Assembly: GCA_000708835.1 (NCBI GenBank)
Contig: DF237187.1
Span: 1-64,000, forward strand
Source: Klebsormidium nitens
Lineage: Eukaryota > Plantae > Klebsormidiophyceae
Direction: 5' to 3'
DNA: 64,000 nucleotides
The notes beneath the pieces are model-generated. The model was not told the origin of the DNA. It searched no databases and saw only the letters and a list, made by a program, of their open reading frames with translations. Of the stretch, positions 1 through 12,300 are shown piece by piece (position 1 is the stretch's first letter; each line of letters starts with the position of its first letter). The position numbers and the translations under genes are program-made.

Positions 1-1365
1 CTGGAATCTTGAAGGATGTCCTGAGGGACTTGTCCAACAAGAAAACAGAAGTTGTCTTGAGCAGAAAGACAGCAATTTTTCTGAGCTGCGCCATCGCTTG
101 AGAACGCCTGCTTTCATGGTTTCCGCACATGTTAGCTGATCGTGTGTAGTTATCCTGCCAGCTCCCTGCATATAGCTGGCCAACCATCACACCCGCTTTT
201 TCGGTCAAGAAGCACCTTCGGGTTGAGAACGTTGACCTGCTGTAATCTGGTTGAACTCTCGATGTAGGTATTTGCGAGCACAACACTGTCCCGGGCAAAG
301 AGCTCTGACTGTTCGTCGGCGGAGATGGGTAGCAGCTGCGAAGACGTGTCCTTCGGCAGACGACGAGTTTACTTCTTGCTGTAGCTTCTCTTCTGGATCA
401 CAAGCTAAAGGCGTACACAAGTTGTTATGATGCCCTGACGAGATTGGGAGCACTTGAGTTCGTTGAAGCATCTTCAGCCAACTTTTTCTGCCTCGAAATT
501 GACCAAAGCTCTGGGCAATGTTTCGTACTTTGCCGTTCGCTCGAGCTTTTCGTTTGAACCGACGGTTTCTAGTATCATGAAGAGGATACTCGACAATATC
601 CGTCGACGATGTGTTGCAATTATTGTTTGGAAAGACAATATGCGTATAAACATGAGTCTTCCTGCATGAGTTCTAATATAAGCTTGGTTTCCGAGCCTCC
701 TATCCGGGCAGATGCGATGCAGACTGATGTCGAAAGAGGCGAGCTAGTCTATTAACGAGGCGCCAGCCATGGGACCGCCCTTGACCAGTGCTTGACATGG
801 TTCGAAAATGCGAATCTTGATTCTAGATCTGGCAGGCCAGCTTCATGAATGTACTAAATCGAGGAAACAAGGCTAGCTATCATTACAAAGGACGCGATGC
901 TGCGAGCTTCTTTGAGAATTGCATGGCGGCTGAAGTATCTTGTACGCTTACAAGGTGCGCCGAAGGTTTCTGGATTTGCCTTTGAGTGACGTTCTAGTTA
1001 GACGGTTGCTGACTCCATGAGAAGCCATCTGCACGTTGTGATATTGATCGAACGAAATCTGCTTCATTTGGTAATTGGAACGGCGTCTGGACCTTGAAAG
1101 TACGGTAGTTAGCGCAGAGGCATGAATGACGCCACGTGTACGGTGGTCGGAGGATGGAAGTGAAACATCAAAACCGTCGATTTTCCAGGTTGTAATAAAG
1201 TTCACACCTGGAAAATCGACGGTACAGTATGCTTGGTCGCACACTGCCTTGCATATGATCGACGGTTCTTGTAGTCCGATCGACACACTCAGATTTTAGA
1301 ATCTCCGAGCTTTGCGGGGAGTCCAAGCACAGAGTCTTCCAGAAAGCAGACCCACTGTCACTCAC
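1..1365 (-). other. Possible spliced gene of unknown function running off the window start (structure unresolved)
   Basis: Several stop-free minus-strand stretches (about 205-620, 948-1286, 1168-1365) with donor-like sites, e.g. CAG|GTGTGA near 1205. No recognisable motif, and the exon chain could not be fixed. Confidence 0.25.
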
Positions 1366-1888
1366 ATCACTTCCAACACCTTCCGGTTTTGCCTTCTCGA
1401 CCTCCTACCTTAACCTGTACGTTGATTACGGTATTTTATGGCGCTGTAACCTTGTGTTAATTTAAAACACCTTCGTTGAACGGAAGCCCGGGCGTAAATG
1501 CCCCGGGTGCTGGGGAAGGTTACCGGCTATAGCGGGATCCATAAAGTTATCCACAACTGAGAGCTGGAGATTTTGGTGGCTGAGGATGCTGCCAAGTCAT
1601 CACGACGCGAATCCTGTGCCCTACGTTTTCTTGGCTCAGCAAGACAGACAAGATCGACGGTCGTACGGTCGTCTTTCTCAATCCAGATTCCAATCTGCAC
1701 AACTTCCTTCTCCAGACTTCAAGAATCAAGCTGCGCTGTGCATTTGTGGGTTGCCTTTCGTTATAGGAGGAGAGCTAAGAGGTGGATTGTTGAGAACGAC
1801 GTTCATTTGAAGAAGGCAGAGACGCAGGCTGTACGAATAACGAACGAAGGCATACAGCCCTTGTTCGAGGTATCGGTTTTCAGGAACC

Positions 1889-4800
1889 ATGGCCTCCGCT
1901 TCAACATGCCTGAGGACGACAGCCCTGTCTCAGGTAGGCCACATCTCCGCTTCAAGGCCATCCAAGTCGGCGCTGAGTGCTGCTTTATGTTGGACGAGTG
2001 CTGCTTTCTGACAACAGTTAATAGCAAGATGCAATGCCTGTCAGCTTTGCAGCTTTGACCACTTCATTGCAGTTGGGAACATAGAAAATGAGGGTATGGA
2101 TATAGAATGCCGCATTGTGTGACCAGCTCAAAAATACGGTTCCTTTCTTCCTTACTGTGCTCGAATTTGAAGTGCTTCTGGACTCCAATAGATTCTGGAA
2201 AAGCATTATTAGTTCTGTCAATTATTCCTACCCGTGTAAGAATACGGTGGGATTATGTAGCGAGAGAGAATCACCAACTCGCACACTTAGTGTTTAGAGT
2301 TCGTTGTTGCAAGATGAGCAGGCCTACACAGCAATCTTGAGACAGCATGCTAGCGCCCCTGGAAAGTGAAGATAATTGTATCCGAGAGGCACATTGTGTC
2401 TAAAATTTGTCATCTGAAAACTGTTTTAAAGCAATGGCATGCTGTAGCTCTTGGTGATACCATACTCCTAGTCTTCTTCGCATCCTGTTGGATATTGCAG
2501 ATTAAGAATCACAGCAGAGAGCAACCATGGTAGCCTGCAAATTTAGAGAATGGGTCAGTGAAGTGAACACCTTTGGAACTCAGCAACGAAGCAGCCTCAT
2601 GGCATTGCTTACCGTAGATCCCAGGCTAGGGACAGCATCTCTTGGCGTCCGTATAGAAGGATGTGCCTTCTTGGCTGCTCCGAAGAGCAAGTCTGACTAT
2701 GTCTCTTCACTTGCAGGGCTTGGCTGCTGGTATGGGTGCTGAGAGGGAATGCACTGTGCAGAGGTAAGGAACGTGTGTCCTGCATGGAGGGTACCTGAAC
2801 TTTTTCTGTCAATCTGTTATGCCAAACTATTACCTTGACAGTAGTGCGCCTCTTTCCATCAAAGGCTGATGAAGGTCATCGTTGCCAGGAGGAACTTTCT
2901 GCAAGTGTGTCGAATGTGGTGCACATGCGGCAGCAAAAGATTGGAAGGAAAACTTCACACCAGGATCGCCTCATCTTGTCCTGCATTGGATCTGCAAAGA
3001 CATTGTTCTTAGAGCATGTTCCACGCTGCTGTGCAGGTCTGCATTCTTTGGCTCCCGGTCAGCCACCAATAATGCTCTTCGGCAAAAGGTGTCTGAAGGG
3101 CGCGCTCGCGTGACCTGCGAATCACAGAGGCCCTCGAGGAGCAGGTGGGCCTCTCTCAAGGAAGAGCCCAAGACACAAAAGCCCAAGACGGACAGATGGG
3201 GGGGCCTCGGCACCGACCAGTCAGACGATCAGCAGGACATCACCAGGGGCCGCGGGATGGTTGACTCTGTTTTCCAGGGCGCGAGCGGCCTCGGCGGAAC
3301 ACAGAATGCCATCATGAGCAGCCATGACTATATCAGCACCGCGCAGAAAACGTAAGGGACAGTCCCTACAGATGTGCATGCTGTGGCCCGCCTGAGAGCA
3401 ATGCTATGGTTTTTGCTTCCCGGTACTTGCGGATCCACTTCACCCTTCAAAACCATGATTTACAATCATTCTCCTCAATGCTCCATCTGCTCAAAATCTG
3501 ATTAAGACGTTGAAGACGTTTAAGCTGCAAAACAGGGATATGTGTGTGTTGTCAGCGAAGCAAGTGTACGATGCTCCGCTGTGTTTAGAGAAGCCAACTG
3601 GAGAATGAACGCTTATTACATCATCGACATCACTCTGCCGTGCAGTTTGAGCAACATCAGCGCTGAGGGTTACTACATCTCCCCCACCTTCATGGACAAG
3701 CTGGTGATCCACATCACAAAGAACTTCCTCAAGCTCCCCAACATCAAGGTGAGCACTGCAGCTGCGCTGCAAGCTTCACGCTTTTAGCATGATCGTTAGC
3801 TTGTCATCCACATTCAAGGAGGGGAATGTACATCGCAGTGCGCCAAGCCTGAGCACCCCTTCCATAGTCGAAGTTAGGGTTTCTTTGCATGAATGAAAAA
3901 CTGCCTGTGTTTTATGAAAGCATGCTGTCACAGTTTTTGCACCACTCACTCGTGCCAGTGTTGAAATTCATTGTGCTCTTCATAAGTGCAAGAGGCGCTC
4001 CATGAGTCCGGTTCTCAATTCCCAATTCTGCTGCTCTCCCTCGTGGCAGGTTCCTCTCATTCTCGGAGTGTGGGGTGGTAAGGGTCAGGGCAAGTCCTTC
4101 CAGGCTGAGCTGGTCTTCTCCATGTTGGGAATCAAGTAAGTGGATCAGCACAATTTCACGCTTGTGCTGAAGCAGTGATGCCTTGGTTGCATATTTCTGG
4201 CTAGAGACTGCCTTCATTTCTGACGTAATGTTGAAGCTGCTCTGAATGCATTTGAGGCAGAACGCTTCGCCAGCGAGTTCCTGATGCAGATTGTTTCACA
4301 GTTTGATGAGACTTGCACTTTCTGTAAGAAGAACTGCTCCGCTGATGTATCTGCTCTCAATGTAGAGGAGTTTCTGGTGGTAAAACTCTTAAGTTTTGAA
4401 TTAGGCGGGCTCATGTTGCTGCTCCACCCTGTTTTGCAGCCCCATTGTCATGTCTGCTGGAGAGCTGGAGTCTGGAAATGCCGGAGAGCCCGCCAAGCTT
4501 ATCAGGCAAAGGTACCGCGAGGCCTCTGACATCATCAAAAAGGGCAAGATGTGCGCCCTCTTCATCAACGATCTTGATGCGGGTAAGTTCTGTCCCGATT
4601 GTTTGAAGGACACTGAGGTTGCTGCATCTAAGCAAAGTGGCAAATGAGTCGGATCTTTCATTTCAAAGCCATTTCTGCATTCTCAAAACGTTCGAAAAGG
4701 TTGTCAACAGGCAGTCATACTTATTACAGCTATCGGCATTGCACTTATTCGTCTAAGCTTGAAACTCCGATCGAAGCGTTTGGATTCAGGCTGCTGTTGT

Positions 4801-7252
4801 CCGCCAGTAAGCCAGACTTTCCCAGCCCTTTCTTGTCCTCTTCCTTGTGGACATCTGAACAATGTGCCCTTCTAGTTCTGTTTCTATTGCAGCAGTGCAG
4901 CTCGCCCCTGCTACCAATTTGTGAACAGCAGGCGGCTCCATCGCAAATCAGTAACCCCAGAGGAATGCAGGAGACCTGACCCAACTTTTCAAATAGAGCT
5001 GACTGTTGTTTCTGAATTCAGGTGCGGGTCGCATGGGTGGCACCACCCAGTACACCGTCAACAACCAGATGGTGAACGCCACCCTCATGAACATTGCTGA
5101 TAACCCCACCAACGTCCAGCTGCCGGGTGTCTACAACAAGGAGGAGAACCCCCGCGTGCCCGTCATTGTGACTGGTGAGTGGTGCAAAATCCACACCCTG
5201 GGATCGCTCTAGCTCGCCTACCACTGGGTCCCTCCTTTACCATTTGTGCTGCTTGGCTGCTTCATATCGTTTGGAGGGGTTGCAAGCTTAGCCACTCCTA
5301 ATTTGGCAGCTTTTGCTCTGGCTTCTTACTTTGACAAGTTCGGATAGAGCATCCACTAAGCAATTCCTTAGGGACAAGGTATATTGCTTGAAGAGGGTTC
5401 TTGTTGTTTGTAACCAAGATGGGCTGGCATTCGCTGAACGACGCTCCAGTTCAGTTCCGCCGCCAGCACTGGTCAAAGATCACATTTTTCTGCCACATCA
5501 ACTAATGCAGTAAGCCTTGCAGCCTTCTCTATCGGGTCATTCGATACACACCCGTGCTTTTACTCCTCCCAAAGAGGCTTTCCTCCAATGCCATTGTCTT
5601 TGCGCCTCATGCCGTACCTCCCCTTGCAGGTAACGATTTCTCCACCCTGTATGCCCCCCTCATCCGTGATGGCCGTATGGAGAAGTTCTACTGGGCCCCC
5701 ACCCGTGAGGACCGGATCGGTGTGTGCACCGGTATCTTCAAGGAGGACAAGATCAACCTTGGCGACATCCAGACCCTGGTCGATGCCTTCCCTGGCCAGT
5801 CCATCGACTTCTTCGGCGCCCTGCGGTCTCGCGTTTACGACGACCTCGTCCGTGACTGGGTCAAGAACGTGAGCACTCGAGCTCTTTTCAACATCTCACT
5901 TGAGTGGCTCACAAGTGCCATACTTGTGTGCTAGTCATGGTTCCTGGTTGCTTGGGAGGATAAGCCGCTGAGGAAGAAAGTGGTGCAAAGTGCTGCTTGC
6001 CCGACCTCATCATTGTGCCTGACCTCGTGCAATTCTTTGCCAACAATATATACCAGCGCTTCTGCAAAACCGAAAATGCTGCTGTTCCTTCTTTCATCTC
6101 TGCTGGCTTCCGGCTCAAATCTGCACTCGCTGCTGTTCATTTATTCTCTCTTGTGGCTCAATTCTGCACTTGTTTTCATTTCATACGTGCCGGCCTCCCG
6201 CTCAAAATTGCCCTCGTTTCTGGCTCAACCGTGCTGGTTTCCCGCTCGTATTTGAACCTTCTCGGTACTGCTGAAGTAGTTCCGGCAGGGTGCGTCTCCA
6301 AGCAGGTGGTCAATTCAGCCTCAAGGGCCGAACAAAACTTCCCACCAGGACAAGTCGTTGCATCTGACCTCTGGACATTCTCCACTGCAGGTCGGCTACA
6401 CGAACCTAGGAAAGTCGCTGGTCAACTCCAAGAACGGCCCGCCCACGTTCGAGCAGCCCCGGATGACCCTCGATATCCTGCTTGCGTACGGCAACAAGCT
6501 GGTCGAGGAGCAGGAGAACGTCAAGCGGGTGCAGTTCGCCGAGGAGTACCTCTCCGGCGCTGCCCTGGGTGATGCCAATGCCGACGCCATCGCATCTGGC
6601 AGCTTCTACGGTGCGCCTCCTTGATCTGGTTGATTTTGAAAGTTCTAGTCCTAATGGAGATTGCCCCACTGAAGTCAACAGGAGGGTCGCTTGTCGTTTG
6701 CTCGTAAGAAGTGCCGGCAGCGAAACCCGTTCCTGACGAGCACGTCATGTTCACGGTGCGCAACTCTGTGGTTCAGTGGGTGTAGACTTGGTTCAATTTG
6801 TAATCGCCCTGAAGATTGGGGGTAAAAGTGCTACTAGGCCGAAAAGCTGCCCTTTGTTGGTGGCGCTTTTATTCTTCTTAACTGCTCCAAGGCTTGTTTC
6901 AACAAGCCAGGTCTCAAACCAGTCTGTCATGCGTTCCGTTTCCTCATCAACGGGGGCCAAGCAATGAACCTACGAGGCTGGGGGCAGCGATGCAACCGGT
7001 ATTAGCTCTAGCCCTTAAGTAGTTGGGGTTTTATTTAGGCTAACTTGGAATGAAAACGACGTTGAAGGATGCAGCCAGATCGAACTCTCTTCTAATGTTG
7101 GCGTCCGGGTTTTTGCAGCTGGAAAGGCAGCACAGCAGAACCCTCCTAAGGTGAAGGAGGGGTGCACGGACCCTATTAGCACGAACTTCGACCCCACAGC
7201 CAGGAGCGATGATGGCTCGTGTGAGTACGACTTTAACACCTGGCCCGCATAA
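1889..7252 (+). CDS. RCA: Rubisco activase (chloroplast AAA+), redox-type alpha isoform; 5' transit-peptide exons uncertain
   Basis: Phase-consistent exons 3037-3351, 3646-3748, 4050-4135, 4440-4582, 5022-5174, 5630-5868, 6391-6610, 7119-7252. Motifs: [29 protein letters not shown], Walker [68 protein letters not shown], and C-terminal [18 protein letters not shown]. Candidate first exon 1889-1933 (acc[21 protein letters not shown]|GT); how it joins the 3037 exon is unresolved. Confidence 0.95.
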
Positions 7253-8290
7253 GCCAGGTGATTCACTTGTTATCCCGTTGGTTTGGCGTCAGTTTCGGGA
7301 ACGGTACTGGTGTTGTAACGTTAGGTAGGGGAGTCGGTAACTACCCTGGCTGCAGTGCTGTTTTGCAGAGATCCCTCATAGGTTTCATCAGCTTTCTGGC
7401 GCTTCAGGAAACTTACGAGATTCTTTCTCAAGAGACATTCTGATGAAGGATCGTGGTATGGTGTTTTGGTATGATACGGAGTTCCAAACCTTGACTTTGA
7501 TGTCTCTGAAAGACTGGTTCTTTTGAAGAGAACCCTCATCCTCCAATGCGTGCATTCATGTACACATGGCCAAGGTTCTTGGTCAGGCTGATGTAAAACG
7601 TCTAGCTGTGGCAATGAAAGTTGCAAATCACCGCACATGTACCAGAACAACTTTAAAAGACAAAATTGGTGGTAAGTTTCCGATCGAACCCTCTTCTAAT
7701 ATCGCATTGGGGTTCTCTGCAGCTAAAAAGGCAGCGAAGCAGAATTCGACTTCAAAGCGCTCTGCAAAGGCAGTTCAGCCGAAGCCTGCTCCGGTGCCTG
7801 AGCAGAAGAAGGCTCCTGTGTCTGAGCCGGAGCCTGCTTCGTTCTTTGCGTCGGAGCCTGCTTCGTTCTTTGCATCGGAGCCTGCTCCGTCGTTCTTTGA
7901 GTCGGCGCCTGCTCCGGCTGCTTCGTTCTTTGAGGCGGCGCCTGCTCCGGCGGAGCCTCAGGGATGCACAGACCCTAAGGCCTCTAACTACGATCCCTTC
8001 GCCTCGAACGATGATGGCACTTGTGAGTACGACATGTCTACCTGGCCAGCATAAGCCAAAGCTTGAGTTGTTGTTGCGTTCGTTTGGTAACGATTCAAGT
8101 GTTTTAACATTACGGTAGGCAGGTTGGTGACTACCCTTGCTGCAATTCTGTTTTGAGGAATCTCTCCATTAGATTACCAGCTTTCCAGCGCTTCAGGACT
8201 ACCCGATGATCATGAGAACTATTGTCAATAGACATTTCGAAGGATGAAGATCGTCGTATGGTATACGTACGGGTTGCCAATCGTGAATGT
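7081..8290 (+). repeat. Degenerate tandem duplication of the RCA last intron end, terminal exon and 3' UTR (units about 7081-7520 and 7685-8290)
   Basis: Shared blocks: cgaac(t/c)ctcttctaat before both acceptors; acctggcc(c/a)gcataagcca at both stops; UTR blocks ggtagg..gt.ggt.actaccct.gctgca.t.ctgtttt and cagcttt...gcgcttcagga; atgaag(g)atcgt.gtatgg. Confidence 0.9.
7723..8054 (+). CDS. RCA: Second, alternative terminal exon of Rubisco activase (long Pro/Ala-rich SFF-repeat extension plus two-Cys motif)
   Basis: Acceptor TCTCTGCAG|CT at 7722/7723 has the same phase as the 7119 exon. Open to TAA at 8052-8054, encoding AKKAAKQNS...EPASFFAS..x4..QGCTDPKASNYDPFASNDDGTCEYDMSTWPA. Confidence 0.75.
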
Positions 8291-9374
8291 TAAGTGCACG
8301 CATACGTGTCATGACACTTCTTGAAGAAAACACTCATTGCTTGCATGCCTAATGGAAAGTATCGCGTGCTTTCATGTTAGTACATCTCGCCAATCCTGGC
8401 CGGCCAGGCTGGCACATGTGACACGTCTATTTATGCCACGGCATGCACGACTCGAAAATTGCAGATCACTGTCCCGGTCCATACGTGTTGCAATCGTAAT
8501 GCTGATTTAAAGTTCATTCACTGGCTATGCAGCAGGTTTAGTGTTGACCTCGAGCGAGAGTCTCTCGCCAATTACTGCCGCGTCTGATCGAGTGACCTCT
8601 AGGGCCTGATGCTGCACTACATGTGCCGGTTGTATGGAAAATGAATGGTGGTGCTCGACTGGATCGGATACGGTTATAAACGAGTGGCCTCTCTGGATCA
8701 CTGGCCCATGCCTTTGAATGATGGCACTTCCGACGCGATCAACCATGGTTTTGAGAATACCGGTACAACAACTCGGTCACAAGCACTGTAACATATAATC
8801 GAATGCAAGTCGAGTTCATGGACGTTAGTACGTCTATATACATGTACCTAATCAAAGTCATCAAGACCGAGTCCACTTCAAAGCGGCGGCCATGCAAATT
8901 TCAGATGTTTCGGTCACTGATAAGCACGCATGCCAAACAAGTGCGACGGGCCCAGCCACTGCGCATCCAAACGTAGTACTACTAGATAGACGGTAAGTAC
9001 ATGGCCGCGATTTAGAAGCACACTCACAATCCTGCGCATATCATGCATGTCATAAATACGCTCAAGAGTGGGAAGGCCCGGTCCCGTGCCGCGTATCCCG
9101 GCTTGGGGGCTAGTTTCACATGTGCACGTGTCTGCATAGGTACCACCTATGCAGTCATGATACTTAACCATAACCCGGTTAGCTTACTGAGGCCAATGCT
9201 CCGCAAAAGTTCAGAGGACACTTGAGTCACGGCGGACTTGATTGCAAGCCTTCACTTGACACTTTGTCGGGCAGCAGTTGACTCACGCACACATATGATG
9301 TCATCAGAAGCTTTGACCCGTTGACCCAACCGACCGGATCGGTCGATCTTTGTGGTCTTCAAAGCAGTAGGTCA

Positions 9375-12300
9375 TCATTCAACTGCTGTGTCTTGATAGC
9401 CCCAGAAAGGAAGCTCCCCCTTGAAGATTGTTTCAATATTCTCCGCCAGCGCAAGCCGAAACAGATCCCGCGCTTGGAGGCGCCGGCCAAGCAGAGCCAG
9501 TCTACTGGACGGCGGCCCTTGCAGCTCTGCGGATAGCAGGTAGTCGTACAGCAGCTCCTGGAAACCAACGTCCGACAAATTTGATCACTTCCGTTATTGC
9601 TTTTTCGCTAAAAATGTATGGTCTGACTCGATCCTTCAGTTATTCCTTCGAAACAAGAAACGGCACACGTTTCCCTGGAGTGCCGGATTGTTCAGGCAGG
9701 ATTGAAGGCACAGGTCGAGTAGACGGACTCGGAGTCTCCGATTACTATAAAAAAGAAAACCACTCAAGAATCGAAGCGTAGCTGGTAAGGTCCTCAAAAG
9801 GTGACCCGTGACATCTCAGCTGCACAGCCGTTGCCACAAGCGTGAAAAGCACTCAGGAGCAAAGGCCTCTCAAACTGTTGCACTGAATATCAAGACTCGC
9901 GGGTGGCGCCAGCAGAGCCGTTGCCGGCATGTGCGAAAGCTGGGCACTTGCGGAAAACGCCGGTCTCAGTGTATGCACAGATCAGCAACTCTCGTCGGAT
10001 CGCACAGTAGCGTCCTGGCTTCCCAAAGCCCTAACTTGGCCCCTGTAAATCTCGTCCCCATCGCGGTGTAATCGTCGGCTGTGCAACGAAACCATCTCGA
10101 GAAACCAACCTGCACGTCCTCGGCGGTGCCTTCCTCTCGGAATCCGTGCTGGAACACGAGCTGCCAGTCGCACGCCTGGAAGTGCTGCGCGAGCGTTGCC
10201 AGCGGAAAGTCCGCGAGCCGCCGGAACGCGGCGCGGCGGACTTTCTCGTCGTTATCCCGGAGCTTTAGGAAGCAGAGGTAGAGCAACTCTGCACGCCGAG
10301 CTTTGAAGAGTTAGAGTTTTGCCAGAAATCCAAGGGTTTCGGGTCACGCAACAGCTTGATCTTGAGAGAAGCTTTTATCGGGATACGCGAGGGCGAGTTT
10401 AGCCTGTGGCCGTCCGGAAAACGGGAGTCAAACCAGGCAACACAAGGACGAAGTCCAAACGCGGACCCTCCTTTAAGACCGAGAGCTTTTTAGCGGAGAG
10501 GAATGTCTCGTTCTCAGAAGAACGCTTTCAAGGGGCGGCTGCCGAGGGTACTGGCATAACTGATATCAATTCTGCAGAGTTCTGAGGGACCTTTGAGAGC
10601 GGTCTCAGAACCTGCTCAACGTAAAACGGACCAATCTCAAAAGCGCCCCGTTGTCCCTTTCAAAGTGCCGGACAGAAGAGACTGGTCATAGCACATCCGT
10701 CCGCTGGGCAAAGGCTCAACGACTCCATAATCAAATCTCCGGATGGAATTTGTTATCGGAAGAGATTCACCTTGTTCTGCAACACAATCGCTGTCGGGTT
10801 GAAGCTTGGAGATCAGCTGGGCTGCGGACCGCCGCACTCGGACGCTCGGATCAAACAAGGCGCTCTGCATCAGGTTCTGGATCGCTGACTCGGACCAAGC
10901 GGGCTTCGCTTCGCCTTCCGCTGAGTCGCACCAGCGCGCGTGTACCCTCGAGAGGACTAGGGACAAGAAAGAGTAAGGGAAAAAATGTCACTTGCTCAAA
11001 GCTGAATTTAATGCTTAGGGACTTTGGGTGACACTTCAACCATTCTCCCTCATTTTTTGGGACCAAAGTATCGTAAAAAGCAGCAGCCGCGGTTGTGCGT
11101 GATGTTAGAAGGACGAGCAAATCGATTTTAGAAGGCTGGAAGTCGACTATTCATGCCGAGAAATCCCCTCGACCTTACGAAGTTTAGACTTTGGCGTAGA
11201 CCCGATTCTCCTTCCATATCCAGGGAGGACAATCGCATAAGTGCGTTGCCAGCGTAAATGGCGCTGATCAGCAGGCTGCAACAAAAGCAGATCTCAAGAA
11301 GCGAGACGATGCAACGGGCAGTTCTGGACTTTCTCGATACTGCTACTCGCAATCGGACAGTACTCAAGTCCGCTCTCAGCTCTTCTAACAGCTTGCCAAC
11401 CGAGAGGACGAGATAGCCAAGGACTCCGAACGAACATATTGCTAAGAAGACTGAAGAACTGCTTTGAAAGGGAGCATCAAAAGAGAAAGAGTATCTAGCG
11501 AATCCTTCAAAGGACTTGCAAAGAGGAACGAACCTGCGAGGCACTCCACTCGCATGTTGACGTTGTCTGCGCACTCCTCGACGAGCTTGGCCGCGCACGT
11601 CGAGATGATGATCGCAGCGTTTCGCCGATATGCTGCCCCGAAAATCTGAAATGCAAGGACCAAAGCTGCAAAGGACAAAGACAGAGAAGGCTGTCGCACG
11701 GTTGCCTTACACATTCTTTCGCCGGAGAGCAATCAAACTTGACAGAACATGCGATAGCCTGATGGATATTGGAAGGACTCAGGGTTTCAGCTACCTGAAA
11801 GCAGTAGAGCCCGATGCTGTCCGGATCTTTTCCGAAAACAAGAGATTCGACGCAAGGCTAGTGCTTTGCGAACACGATGTGTCTCTGGCGCTCCGCACCT
11901 CCTTTTGTCCGTTCTCCGCACTCGGGAAGAGCAATCAGGGAGTCCAGGAACTGGGGGGCTAGAGACGGTCGGGAAAAGAGCAGTAGCACTCGTTTCAACG
12001 CGGAATCATTTAGTGATTCCATCCCATGCTCCCGGCAGGTTAGAAACACTCGGCGGAGACAAGAAGAGAAGCAGGCCTTCCACTGCGGCTGCGATCGAAA
12101 AGCGTCGCACGGATCTGCCTTCGGTCAACATTGTGAATGATACTCGCCAGGTGCGTCAGGCAGATCTACCGGAGTCTGAGAACGACCGCGGCTGACTATG
12201 GCTGGACAAATCGACCGTATACCCTCATCTTTATTCGTTCTTGCGGGGGCAAGATGAACGAGTCGATGATCGTAGTGGCCACATAGTAAAATTGCTAGCA

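Noticed and set aside
2527-2742. ORF or 13-nt microexon (2717-2729) as part of the RCA transit peptide
   Set aside because: The phases could not be reconciled with the 3037 exon; left unresolved.
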